A stretch of DNA of 64,000 nucleotides from a virus. Shown here one piece after another: positions 7,426 to 17,424 of the stretch (its first letter is position 1; each line of letters starts with the position of its first letter). Made by a program: the position numbers and the translations under genes. Where the stretch lies: positions 32,001-96,000 of IMG/VR virus record IMGVR_UViG_3300037337_000170, one strand, 5' to 3'. The notes beneath the pieces are model-generated. The model saw nothing but the letters and a program-made list of their open reading frames with translations. It was not told the DNA's origin and made no database searches.

Positions 7426-8744
7426 AGACCGTCCAAATTGGATAATTCCGATGCAGTATTGTTAATATTATTACTATGAATACCAATTATGTTACCTAAT
7501 CTGGCCAGTGTATCAGAAACAGCCCGTGTAGCACCTGGTAAGGCTTCAATAGAGTTGGAAATGACTGTTAGACCTGTATCAATCCCAATCATACCAGTGC
7601 CCATACCAGTTAGACTACCAGTAACATCACCTAATTTAATTAAAGGCTTGTTCAATTGTGCACTTGCCCCTAGTAATTGACTAGAAACCTTTGATAACCC
7701 AGAATTCTTAATACCTAATGCATTGGCAAGACTATTTAATTGATTCGTAGTATTAGCAATACTGTTAATTGATCCTCGTAGAGCAGCGGCGGGAGCAGTT
7801 AATTGCTGAAGATTTTTACCTAACATGGCTAAATTTCCACCAAACTCACCGAAACCAGTACCTAGTTTTCTGGTGATAGTAGATAACTCTATAGATCCTG
7901 ATCTGGGGCCCTGACCTGGTATAACAATATTTGATTCTTTAATTGCGTTAACACATGAATTCACTTCTGATAATATATTGCCTCCAATTGTTGGTCCATT
8001 CTGTGCCATGGCGGCACCTATACCTAAAAATGGATTTGAATTAAATAGATTAGTAGCATCTGATAAGGCTGTACTTATCGAAGTAGGTAAAGATAGACCT
8101 ATGTTTGAAGCAAATGAGGCTAGACCACCAACATTTAAACCACGTGCTATTCCAGTAAAATTACTTAGTCCTTCATTAGAAAGTCCGCCTAATGATGATG
8201 ATAATTTTTTCTGTATGGAACTTTGCGGATCCTGGCTATTATTACTCCACCATTTATATTGAATGGTGACATTTAGCTTTAATGGGCTATGATCTGAGTA
8301 GGATAGAGATATATCTGAGACTGTTTTAGGGAATGCTTCATGAAGTACCACACTGTATACTTCCTTACCAGCCCTATCCTGCAAAATGATTTTAAGTGGT
8401 TTAACATAATCCCTATAAAACCCAGCAGTTCTATCAATGGGTTGATATACCTGATTCATCCAATTACGAAAGTATGCTCTGGTATCAAAATTGCCAGTCA
8501 AATAGAATGATAATGACACCGGTGGATATGTAATGCCATAGGAATATTCGGTCACCTCACCAAAAGCCCTTAACTCAGAAGTCATTATATTAATACCTGG
8601 TAATGCGGCCATTTCGCAAAGCATTGATACTTCAGTGGTGCCAGTTGAACCTACTGTAGGTAGAATGATAGAAAAGTGAGAACCACCTAAAATACCCTGG
8701 CTTTTTACTGTGCCAATAAATTCGTTATATGATGCATATGACAT
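7422..8744 (-). CDS. gp54: tail tube initiator gp54-like, with long C-terminal extension
   Basis: N-terminal ~165 aa resemble a tube fold (LCEMAALPG, YFRNWMNQV, LHEAFPKTV, IQYKWW). Confidence 0.7.
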   Translation of the reverse strand: MSYASYNEFIGTVKSQGILGGSHFSIILPTVGSTGTTEVSMLCEMAALPGINIMTSELRAFGEVTEYSYGITYPPVSLSFYLTGNFDTRAYFRNWMNQVYQPIDRTAGFYRDYVKPLKIILQDRAGKEVYSVVLHEAFPKTVSDISLSYSDHSPLKLNVTIQYKWWSNNSQDPQSSIQKKLSSSLGGLSNEGLSNFTGIARGLNVGGLASFASNIGLSLPTSISTALSDATNLFNSNPFLGIGAAMAQNGPTIGGNILSEVNSCVNAIKESNIVIPGQGPRSGSIELSTITRKLGTGFGEFGGNLAMLGKNLQQLTAPAAALRGSINSIANTTNQLNSLANALGIKNSGLSKVSSQLLGASAQLNKPLIKLGDVTGSLTGMGTGMIGIDTGLTVISNSIEALPGATRAVSDTLARLGNIIGIHSNNINNTASELSNLDGL

Positions 8745-9334
8745 TAAAATTTACCTCTTGAATCTTTCCAAACACTTTTTGCAGAAGACTTTTGAAAGCT
8801 ATGAAATGGGAGTATACTTGCGGTATACCAATCCTTGGTGGCTATTTCCATAAAAGGTGATCTAACTTGATCGATCAAATATGATTTGATACATGCCTTA
8901 GCAGGGCCTAATTTAGCCACACTTTTAATTAGACCCCAATCATATTGCATTTTAGCCCTTGGATTATTGATATTCATGCCGGTGGTTTTTATTAGCGCCT
9001 TTAACAATTCGAACCGTATAGGGTAGTCAAGATAGTGTAAATTCAAACCGATAAAGTGTGTGGCTGATTTATCGTATGGCAGTATTAAAGGAAATGTATC
9101 ATAATACGGTAAGGTTTCCTTGGTTTTTGGATCATAAAGAAATGCATACATTCTACCGGGTACTATAACATTGGTCAAACCTTTACTCTCGGAAATAAGT
9201 GTATTGGGTTTTATTTTCTGCTTATTAATACCAGCAATCTTTTCATTAAACCATGCAGAACTATTTTTTATTTCTGATGGTGTTACTCTATATAGATCAA
9301 AAGCCGTTTGTTTTTTATCTTTTTCCATCAGCAA
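8744..9334 (-). CDS. gp2: DNA end protector gp2
   Basis: YDPKTKETLPYYDTFPL, GLNLHYL, CIKSYL. Confidence 0.93.
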   Translation of the reverse strand: MLMEKDKKQTAFDLYRVTPSEIKNSSAWFNEKIAGINKQKIKPNTLISESKGLTNVIVPGRMYAFLYDPKTKETLPYYDTFPLILPYDKSATHFIGLNLHYLDYPIRFELLKALIKTTGMNINNPRAKMQYDWGLIKSVAKLGPAKACIKSYLIDQVRSPFMEIATKDWYTASILPFHSFQKSSAKSVWKDSRGKF

Positions 9335-9765
9335 TTCAATTCTTTTTCTGTTAGAATAATAAAGACCATATTATTCTTTACACACCAAGCCTCCGCAGCC
9401 TTCCATTTGGAACTATTGACCGCGTAGGTCTTAGTAGCCTCAAGTAGATATTTGGTCTTTCGTATATTGGCGGGCGGTATGGTTTCCTTAAACGGTTTAA
9501 TCTCGGCTACATAACGAGTCACAACTCCGGCATTGTCTTTTATTTCCATAATAATATCTGGAAAATAACGATGTATCTTATTGTCGACGGGGGATAAATA
9601 CGGGATTACAAGCTCTTCACTTACCCATTTTATTACCTGTGGATTTCTATCACACCAATTAAACATCTTTACCTCCCACGAACTACGGGCTATAATTTTT
9701 TGATAATCGCCGATGTATTTTTCTGGATTGGTGGGAGACCATAGTCTTGGTTTAGGGCGTGCCAT
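9328..9765 (-). CDS. gp4: head completion nuclease gp4
   Basis: PTNPEKY, RSSWE, WVSEE, IPYLSP, HRYFPD, EIKP, KWKAA. Confidence 0.95.
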   Translation of the reverse strand: MARPKPRLWSPTNPEKYIGDYQKIIARSSWEVKMFNWCDRNPQVIKWVSEELVIPYLSPVDNKIHRYFPDIIMEIKDNAGVVTRYVAEIKPFKETIPPANIRKTKYLLEATKTYAVNSSKWKAAEAWCVKNNMVFIILTEKELNC

Positions 9766-9774
9766 ATTGTCAGA

Positions 9775-9792
9775 TATAAATAATTATTTATC
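9775..9792. promoter_or_regulatory. pair of opposed late promoters for the gp4 (-) and gp48 (+) operons
   Basis: TATAAATA 9775-9782 (+); GATAAATA 9785-9792 (-). Confidence 0.65.
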
Positions 9793-9809
9793 TACCTATA
9801 AAAATAAAC

Positions 9810-10883
9810 ATGGCAACCCAAGCAGACAGAAATCGTATTACATCGCTAAGTGACTTCAGCGATTCCAATGGTAAAAAATACGATATTACCAATCACTCAT
9901 ACCCAGAGGATATTGAAGGTTCTGCCCAATACGGTTCCCATAAGGTGGTGTTTTTTATTAATGTACCTGTAGGTAGTAGACAGGCTAGAGGAGCCGCCGG
10001 GGCATTCGGTGTCGGTTCGTCTCTATTTGATGTACCCTTAGAAGATCAAAGAAGACTAAGTGGGCTCAGTACAATAACTGCAGGTCTTGGTTTAGGAAGA
10101 ATAGCTGGCTCTATTGGTGGATCAGTGACGGCCGATTCTAGTACCACAACAGGTATTTTAGATGCGGATAAATCAATCGGGTCCGATTCGATGAAGCGGT
10201 TGACGACGGCGATTTGTTTACATATGCCTAACTCTCTTAGAACCAGTTGGGGTGTTCAGTATGGTGAAACAACAGCAGAAGATTTCGCCATGAATGCCGC
10301 AGAGGGTGTGGCCGGTGTTGGTGCTTTGATTGGTGGTGCTGCTACCATGGCAGGTAGCTCGCGGTTTTCCAATGCGGCGGTTGGTGTTGCTGGTATTGCA
10401 GCTGGTGTTACTGCTGGACTATCAATAGCTAAAAAAATAAGTAATAATTTATATACTCAAATCGCCACTAAAACAACCGCATCTAATGCCAAATCTGAGC
10501 AATTGTTTAAACAGGTTACGTTTAGAGAATTTGAATTTAGCTATAGCTTTTTTCCAAAAAGCGCTACAGAGGCAGAAAACGTATTAAAGATTATTAGATC
10601 ATTTAGACATCATATGCTACCAGAATTCAAAAATAATACCGAATTCATGTTTATCTATCCATCCCAGTTTAATATTAAGTACTATTTTGGTTCGATTGAA
10701 AACCAAAATATTGAAAAACAAATGACTGCAGTTCTTACACAAATGTCTGTTGACTATACCCCCAATGGTCAATTCACGACATTTGCCAACGGTGCGCCGA
10801 CACAGATTAATATGGCATTGAATTTTAGGGAAATTGGAATTACCACCAAGGAAACAAGCCCAGCAGATTCGGTTGGTATCTAA
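9810..10883 (+). CDS. gp48: baseplate tail-tube cap gp48
   Basis: ICLHMP, EQLFKQVTFREFEFSYSFFPKS..EA, VDYTPNG, LNFREI. Confidence 0.88.
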   Translation: MATQADRNRITSLSDFSDSNGKKYDITNHSYPEDIEGSAQYGSHKVVFFINVPVGSRQARGAAGAFGVGSSLFDVPLEDQRRLSGLSTITAGLGLGRIAGSIGGSVTADSSTTTGILDADKSIGSDSMKRLTTAICLHMPNSLRTSWGVQYGETTAEDFAMNAAEGVAGVGALIGGAATMAGSSRFSNAAVGVAGIAAGVTAGLSIAKKISNNLYTQIATKTTASNAKSEQLFKQVTFREFEFSYSFFPKSATEAENVLKIIRSFRHHMLPEFKNNTEFMFIYPSQFNIKYYFGSIENQNIEKQMTAVLTQMSVDYTPNGQFTTFANGAPTQINMALNFREIGITTKETSPADSVGI

Positions 10884-10892
10884 GGTTAAATC

Positions 10893-11426
10893 ATGAGTTA
10901 TTTTCAGAACTTTCCAAAAATATTTTATCAGTTCAATGTAGGCAATAGGTCAGAACTAAAAATAATTACCGACCTAGCATTTAATACCAGAGTCCGGGAC
11001 GATATTCTTGAAAATATAGATATTTTCAATGAGTTGTTTATCAAAGAAGGTGATACACCTGAGATTATCTCTGAAAAATTATATGGGACACCGCTGTATC
11101 ATTGGGTGGTTATGCTAGCCAATAATATGTTGAGTATGGAAGATTTTCCAATAGGTGGACTAGAGTTAGAAGAGTATACATTTAAAAAATACCGACTTAC
11201 GCCTAATGATGACAAACAGACTGTTCTAACTTCAAGAAAAATGTTATTCGGTCAACCGCTGACTTGGGACTATAAAAATGATATTCGCGCCGAGGACGAA
11301 CCATTTACCAGAAGCGTTACCAATATTGAATACGAACTCTATCTAAACGAGAGTAAGAAAAAAATTCGTGTAGTAAGTCCACAGATGATAGAGCAAGTAG
11401 TTTCCCAATTTAATAAACTATTTTAA
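10893..11426 (+). CDS. gp53: baseplate wedge protein gp53
   Basis: MSYFQNFPKI, GDTPEIISEKLYG...HWVVMLAN, NESKKKI. Confidence 0.93.
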   Translation: MSYFQNFPKIFYQFNVGNRSELKIITDLAFNTRVRDDILENIDIFNELFIKEGDTPEIISEKLYGTPLYHWVVMLANNMLSMEDFPIGGLELEEYTFKKYRLTPNDDKQTVLTSRKMLFGQPLTWDYKNDIRAEDEPFTRSVTNIEYELYLNESKKKIRVVSPQMIEQVVSQFNKLF

Positions 11427-11442
11427 TAAAGATTGAGTTACA

Positions 11443-12720
11443 ATGGAGACCATATTATCCCAGGCTGGCCTTATCACAGTAGAAGAATGCATGATCCTAA
11501 AGCCAGGGCAAGATGGTGTGAATATCATTCAGCAATTGGCCTCAATAACTTTATATGAGGATTTGTATTCACCGTTTATTACTGGTCAGGTCATATTATC
11601 AGATACCGGCGATATCCCTAATCTTATCGGGCGTGGCGGCAAGGATATTCTTAAATTAAAATTATATACTCCTACCATTAATAAGGAGAACTATATTGAA
11701 GCCTTTTTTATGATTTATAAAATCGGTGATAGATTTAACTCCGCAGAAAGGTTTCAGCATTATACTCTTTTCATTGTGTCAGAAGAATACTTTCAAGACA
11801 CATCTAAAAGAATAAGCAAAACCTATTCTGATAATGCTAATAAGATTGTCAGCAATATATTGACAGATACCTTGAGCTCAACAAAGAAGTTTAATACTAC
11901 TGGGGATTCAAGTGTAATCAAATACACATCTAACTTTTGGAGCCCATCAAAGAATTTTAGATACATTACAGATCATGCAGTAGATGATAAAGGGTCTCCG
12001 TCTTTATTATTTTTTGAAAATAGATATGGCTTTAATCTCCACTCCCTAGATCACCTAATTGACAAGACAAATAGCCCACCGATTCAGAGTTTTATGAGCT
12101 CAGATTATTCAATAAACATGGAAAGTAATTCCGACAATCAGTTATCATATGGTCAGGCTCAACGAGATCCATCCAAGGATTTTCAAATCATACAAGATAT
12201 TAGAGTCGACAAGATTTTTAACTTTTTTGATGATTACGCCGCTGGTATGATTAAGACAAAGATGTATAGTCATGACATAAGCACCAAGAGATTGAATATT
12301 AAAAAATATGAGATGATTCAGGATACTGGTCCTAGACTTAATACCAATAGACCATACAGGGACGAAATTGTTTCTAACGTGGATCCTGTACTGATGTTTA
12401 TGACACAGCATAACAATTCACATGACAAAGGCGATTCTACGGATTTTAATATTAAACAGAAACGCATTATCAGACTAAGACAAATGTATTCTCAGACTAT
12501 TGAAATAGATGTTTTCGGCAGAACAGATTATACAGTAGGCAAAAAGGTAAATGTTTTTGTTAATCGATTAGTCCCTCTTATCAAAACCGACACTGAGGAT
12601 GACTATACAGATAAGATTTATTCCGGTGTGTATATTATTACGGCTATTACCCATAAAATAAATAGAGATCGACACCTGTGTGTGCTTGAGTTGAGTAAAA
12701 ATTCCACGGATCTAATGTAA
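11443..12720 (+). CDS. baseplate hub protein (gp27-like)
   Basis: LYEDL, LFFENRYGFN, YSGVYIITAITH; lies between gp53 and gp5. Confidence 0.75.
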   Translation: METILSQAGLITVEECMILKPGQDGVNIIQQLASITLYEDLYSPFITGQVILSDTGDIPNLIGRGGKDILKLKLYTPTINKENYIEAFFMIYKIGDRFNSAERFQHYTLFIVSEEYFQDTSKRISKTYSDNANKIVSNILTDTLSSTKKFNTTGDSSVIKYTSNFWSPSKNFRYITDHAVDDKGSPSLLFFENRYGFNLHSLDHLIDKTNSPPIQSFMSSDYSINMESNSDNQLSYGQAQRDPSKDFQIIQDIRVDKIFNFFDDYAAGMIKTKMYSHDISTKRLNIKKYEMIQDTGPRLNTNRPYRDEIVSNVDPVLMFMTQHNNSHDKGDSTDFNIKQKRIIRLRQMYSQTIEIDVFGRTDYTVGKKVNVFVNRLVPLIKTDTEDDYTDKIYSGVYIITAITHKINRDRHLCVLELSKNSTDLM

Positions 12721-15251
12721 TGAAAAGTTCAAATGTATACTATGGGGTAGTAGAGGAAAGAACCGAGGACCCGCTAAAATTGGGTCGCTGTAGGGTTAGA
12801 ATTGTTGGGGTACATACAGAGGATAATACCATCCTACCGACCAAGGATCTACCGTGGGCGTATCCAATGATGCCGGTTAATTCTGCCTCCATGAATGGTA
12901 TCGGATACAGTCCCACTGGTATATTAGAGGGCACCTGGTGCATTCTGATTTTTAGAGATGCCGAACAACAGCAACCTATTATAATTGGAACTATCGGTGG
13001 CATACCTGAAGCAGATGCCCCAACAGAAACAGCTTTCGTTACTGAAGCCCAACCTGTAACAACTAGACCAGCATCTGTTACAACTGGTTCAGGTACAGTA
13101 CTTACTGACTCATCTGGTAATCCAGTTCTTCAAGGTGAGGAAAATAATCCCAGTGCATCTGAACGCCCTGCCACAGTTCCAGCACCAAACAAACCTGCGG
13201 CTGCGTCTATTGCAAAAAAAGCCGGAGCAATGAAGACTTCACAAGCTGGAATTGATATTATCATCTTTGAAGAAGGTATTAGTAGTCTAGTAAAAGGAAG
13301 AAACCGGGCAGTAAAAAAATATCCCTCTGACGATACTTTACTATATGCATATCTTGATACCAGAAATATTTGGACAATTGGTGTAGGTTCTACATTCATG
13401 CTTGATATGTCTCGCGTCAATGAGAATAGTGTGGTAACTGTATCTGTAGCAAAGCAAATGTTACAGGTACACTTATTAAATGAAGTAGAAATTCCTCTTA
13501 ACAGAAATATTAAAGCACCTGTTACTCAGGATATGTTTGATGCCATGGCATCTCTAGCCTATAATATGGGTGTATATGGTTGGATGAGGTCGGCCGCATT
13601 CAGTTCATTAAATGCAGGAAAATATGAGGAGGCTGCAGCCTTAATTCCAAGTACACGAACTGGTGGTGGGAACGGTCCAAGAAGGATACGAGAGGCCGCG
13701 CATTTTCGGGCTGGGGGTATACCCAATAAACAGAATGGTATTGATCAGGTTGCACCGACATCAGAAACTGCCGCAGTTTCTCAAGATTCTGGCGCAACGC
13801 AGAACACTGCAGTTCGACCTACTCCAGTAACAAAACCAGTTGAATCTAATCAAAACACTGTTAGCAGTCAGACCTCGGCTAACCCATCAAATGCTAGTGG
13901 AGGTACCTGGGAAGGTTTTAAAGATCCAAACAAAAAATACCCAATGGCTGAATGGTTAAATGAGCCCGATACCCATAGGCTAGCAAGAAACGAAGATATC
14001 GATAAAACAGTAGTCTATACCAAAGAGGCAGCAAGGGCCCGCGGAGTTGTATCGGCTGGGACTAGTTGGACTCAACCTCCGATTCCATATAATGCAAAAT
14101 ACCCTTATAACAATACATACGTTACTCAATCTGGTCATATTGATGAATGGGACGATACTCCAGGCAATGAAAGACTTCATAGATATCATAACTCTGGTAC
14201 CTATGAGGAAATAGATGTTAATGGAACCAGAGTTACCAGAATAATCGGTGATGATTATGAAATCTTAGAGCGACATGGTAATATATTAATTAAAGGTAAT
14301 TGTAATGTCACCATTCGCGGCAATAGTAATATTAGAGTAGATAATAATGCAAACATTGAGGTAGGTGGTAATTCGCATACATCGATTCATGGTAATTGGG
14401 ATTTAGGTGTTAGTGGTAATATTAATATTAATGCCGGTGGTGTGATTGCATTAGACGGTTCTAATATCCATCTTAATTCGGGACTTGCAAAGGTTGCCGC
14501 AAAAGGTGCTGGTGCTCAGGCCGCGCCAGAATTCTCAGAATTAAGCACTCCTAGTCGACATGAAGATGTCAAGTCTGCGTATGATTCACCCGAGGACGGC
14601 GACAATACAGAATTCCTTAATACGCAGATCGCATCGGGAAAAATTTCAGAGGAAGACGTGGCAGCAAAAACAGTAACCGTGGAAGAAACAGCGGCACCTA
14701 AACCGCCGATTCCAACAAAACCATTACCGCAGGGATGTGAGGGTCTGACCCTGCCATTTAATTCCAATACCAGGCTATCCCCAAATTATACTATGGGTGA
14801 CTTTATTAGAGAATCTACTGTAGCCAGAGGTATACCTAGCGCGCCCCAGGCCGGGTTTTCTACATTAGAGCTTGGCTGTAACATGAAGTTTATTGCCACC
14901 AACGTGGCCGAAATTGTTAAGGCTCGTTACCCTAATATGAAGATAAATAGTTGCTTTAGGTCGGCTGCAGCCAATAAAGGACTAGCTGGAGCATCATCGA
15001 CTTCTAAACATATGTCGGGTTTGGCCTTAGATATGGGCTTTATTGGTTTCGATAATAAGCAAAAATATGAAGCAGCAATTGAAATTCAGAAATTGTTACC
15101 TGACTATGACCAAATTATTCTAGAATACTCTGGCAGAAGTTGCTGGATCCATGTCGGTTTAAATAAAGGTAAGAATAGAAGAGTTATTCTTACCATGGAT
15201 GTAGGTAAGGGTGGAAGGACAATTCGGGATAAATTTGTTCTATTAGGTTAA
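12720..15251 (+). CDS. gp5: central spike gp5: OB fold, lysozyme, beta-helix and C-terminal M15-type peptidase
   Basis: DPLKLGRCRVR / LPWA OB fold; AYLD...WTIGVG...QDMFDAMASLAYNMG lysozyme; YPYN...SGHIDEWDDTPGNER; SKHMSGLALD...DQIILE...WIHV. Confidence 0.93.
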   Translation: MKSSNVYYGVVEERTEDPLKLGRCRVRIVGVHTEDNTILPTKDLPWAYPMMPVNSASMNGIGYSPTGILEGTWCILIFRDAEQQQPIIIGTIGGIPEADAPTETAFVTEAQPVTTRPASVTTGSGTVLTDSSGNPVLQGEENNPSASERPATVPAPNKPAAASIAKKAGAMKTSQAGIDIIIFEEGISSLVKGRNRAVKKYPSDDTLLYAYLDTRNIWTIGVGSTFMLDMSRVNENSVVTVSVAKQMLQVHLLNEVEIPLNRNIKAPVTQDMFDAMASLAYNMGVYGWMRSAAFSSLNAGKYEEAAALIPSTRTGGGNGPRRIREAAHFRAGGIPNKQNGIDQVAPTSETAAVSQDSGATQNTAVRPTPVTKPVESNQNTVSSQTSANPSNASGGTWEGFKDPNKKYPMAEWLNEPDTHRLARNEDIDKTVVYTKEAARARGVVSAGTSWTQPPIPYNAKYPYNNTYVTQSGHIDEWDDTPGNERLHRYHNSGTYEEIDVNGTRVTRIIGDDYEILERHGNILIKGNCNVTIRGNSNIRVDNNANIEVGGNSHTSIHGNWDLGVSGNININAGGVIALDGSNIHLNSGLAKVAAKGAGAQAAPEFSELSTPSRHEDVKSAYDSPEDGDNTEFLNTQIASGKISEEDVAAKTVTVEETAAPKPPIPTKPLPQGCEGLTLPFNSNTRLSPNYTMGDFIRESTVARGIPSAPQAGFSTLELGCNMKFIATNVAEIVKARYPNMKINSCFRSAAANKGLAGASSTSKHMSGLALDMGFIGFDNKQKYEAAIEIQKLLPDYDQIILEYSGRSCWIHVGLNKGKNRRVILTMDVGKGGRTIRDKFVLLG

Positions 15252-15261
15252 TAAATAAACT

Positions 15262-15645
15262 ATGAAAGCAATATACTCTGATATAGATTTTAATTTTTTA
15301 CCTAATCCTTTGACTGGGGATATTGGTATTAAAACAAATGAGTCTGCTGTAAAATCTGCCATTAAGACCTTGATACTTACGAACTATTTTGAAAAACCAT
15401 TTCATAGTGAAATAGGCTCACCGATTCGTAGTCTGTTATTTGAAAATATTACTCCCCTGTTGGATATTACTATCAGAGAGGCCGTTTCCGGTCTAATAAA
15501 AGAATACGAACCCAGAGTCGATCTTAATAATGTTACTGTCGATGTATCACCAGATAACAATAGAATGTTTATCGGTATTACATTTACTATAAAAAATACA
15601 CTAGAAACAAGTAGTATGGAAGTCATTCTAACCAGGACTCGATAA
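15262..15645 (+). CDS. gp25: baseplate wedge gp25
   Basis: YSDIDFNF, EKPFHSEIGS, YEPRV. Confidence 0.95.
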   Translation: MKAIYSDIDFNFLPNPLTGDIGIKTNESAVKSAIKTLILTNYFEKPFHSEIGSPIRSLLFENITPLLDITIREAVSGLIKEYEPRVDLNNVTVDVSPDNNRMFIGITFTIKNTLETSSMEVILTRTR

Positions 15646-15648
15646 GAT

Positions 15649-17424
15649 ATGAAAGATAATAAAAAGATTCAGACCACAGAACTAGACTTTGATGCTATTG
15701 TTACCAACATTAAAACATTTCTGTCTGGTCAGGAAGTTTTTAAGGATTATAACTTCGAGGGCTCTGCTCTTAATACCCTAATCGGTGTACTAGCCTATAA
15801 TACTCACTACAACGGTCTTACCACTAACTTTGCCGTTAATGAGATGTTTATGGATTCGGTCTCAAAGTATTCCAGCGCGGTTTCACTGGCAAAAATGATG
15901 GGGTACACCGCCAAGAGTATTCTATCACCTAGGGTAATGGTAGACATATTAATAACAGACCCTGAACTAAGTCCTGCACCTATTCTAACTATTCCTACTG
16001 GAACTAGATTTAGTACATCGATTAATAATGTATTATACTATTTTAATACCAGACTTGATTCTAGTGCCGAATTATTTCAGGGTACCTATTCTTTTACTGG
16101 TATAGAATTAATAGAAGGTGAGCAGAGATCAGTAACCATTCCAGTAACCAATAATTCTTACTATGTTGTTCCATCATTGAAGGCTGATATGTCAAGCCTA
16201 TCAGTAAGGGTTCAGTCTGGGTCTACCTTTACCAGATATAACCTAGCAGATGGTGTATTATCAATTACCCCTACATCTAAAACATTTTTTCTAAAGCAAA
16301 GAGAAGATTTGTATTATGAACTATCATTTGGTGACGGCATTATTGGTGTTGCATTAAATGTAGGTGACAATGTCATAATGTCATTTACGGATAGTAATGG
16401 GCCAGAAGCCAACATGGCAAGTACCTTTACATATTCGGCAGGCTTTAGAGGAGAGCTATTCTATGATGTCACCCTCTCCACTTCTAATGATGGAGCCTCT
16501 GGTGGAGCAGTTCAGGAAACATTGGCTTCTATAAAGACAAATGCGCCTAGAACTTTTATAACACAGAACAGAGCGGTAACTGCCTCTGATTATGAGGCCT
16601 TAATTCGATCCATTAACAGTAACATTGAGACCGTAAGGGTCTGGGGTGGACAGGATAATATTCCGCCTATTTTCGGTAAGGTGTTTATTGCGGTTAAGCC
16701 TTTTAATGGTGAGATTGTTTCTGAGTCAGAAAAGGCCCTATTATTGAACAGTATCTTACAGAAACGAAAGGTAGTAACAGTCTCTCCGGTAATTGTAGAT
16801 CCCGAATATCTACGAATTGAATTTACCAGTAGCATACAGTATGACCCACTGGTTTCCAGATTCAATTCTGGTCAACTTGAAACTATTATCCGTAATAGTA
16901 TAGTAGAATATGCAAATACTCTTAATACATTTGACTCGACATTTAGATACTCTGCATTAACTTCTAGAATTGATGCCTCGGACGTAGGTATCATTAGCAA
17001 CCTGTCTACCATTAGGGTTAGAAAACCGGTGCGTGTCTTGTTTAATACCAATAACACATATACCACGCTGTTCAATAATCCTATAAGAAATAGTCCAGGA
17101 AATACCACCTTTTTAAGTACAAGATTTTTTGTCAGCAGTGTGGTCAATCGTTGTTATATCAAGGACGACGGCAGGGGCGTCTTGGAATTATATTCAGAAG
17201 ATTTTAGTGGGATCGCAACATATGTACAGGACATTGGATCCATAGACTATATAAAGGGGTCTGTTATTATACCCCAACTTAATATTGTCGGCCTCTATGA
17301 TCCTGAACTTGAGTTTGTATTTCAACCAGAAATAAATGATATTATTCCTAAGCGACAATATATTATAACTCTACCCACAGAGTTGACCTATATCCGCGTG
17401 GTGGCGAATAGCACTGAAACATGA
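15649..17424 (+). CDS. gp6: baseplate wedge gp6
   Basis: ELDFD, DYNFEGS, LAYNTHY, FGDG, QNRAVTASDY, WGG. Confidence 0.96.
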   Translation: MKDNKKIQTTELDFDAIVTNIKTFLSGQEVFKDYNFEGSALNTLIGVLAYNTHYNGLTTNFAVNEMFMDSVSKYSSAVSLAKMMGYTAKSILSPRVMVDILITDPELSPAPILTIPTGTRFSTSINNVLYYFNTRLDSSAELFQGTYSFTGIELIEGEQRSVTIPVTNNSYYVVPSLKADMSSLSVRVQSGSTFTRYNLADGVLSITPTSKTFFLKQREDLYYELSFGDGIIGVALNVGDNVIMSFTDSNGPEANMASTFTYSAGFRGELFYDVTLSTSNDGASGGAVQETLASIKTNAPRTFITQNRAVTASDYEALIRSINSNIETVRVWGGQDNIPPIFGKVFIAVKPFNGEIVSESEKALLLNSILQKRKVVTVSPVIVDPEYLRIEFTSSIQYDPLVSRFNSGQLETIIRNSIVEYANTLNTFDSTFRYSALTSRIDASDVGIISNLSTIRVRKPVRVLFNTNNTYTTLFNNPIRNSPGNTTFLSTRFFVSSVVNRCYIKDDGRGVLELYSEDFSGIATYVQDIGSIDYIKGSVIIPQLNIVGLYDPELEFVFQPEINDIIPKRQYIITLPTELTYIRVVANSTET

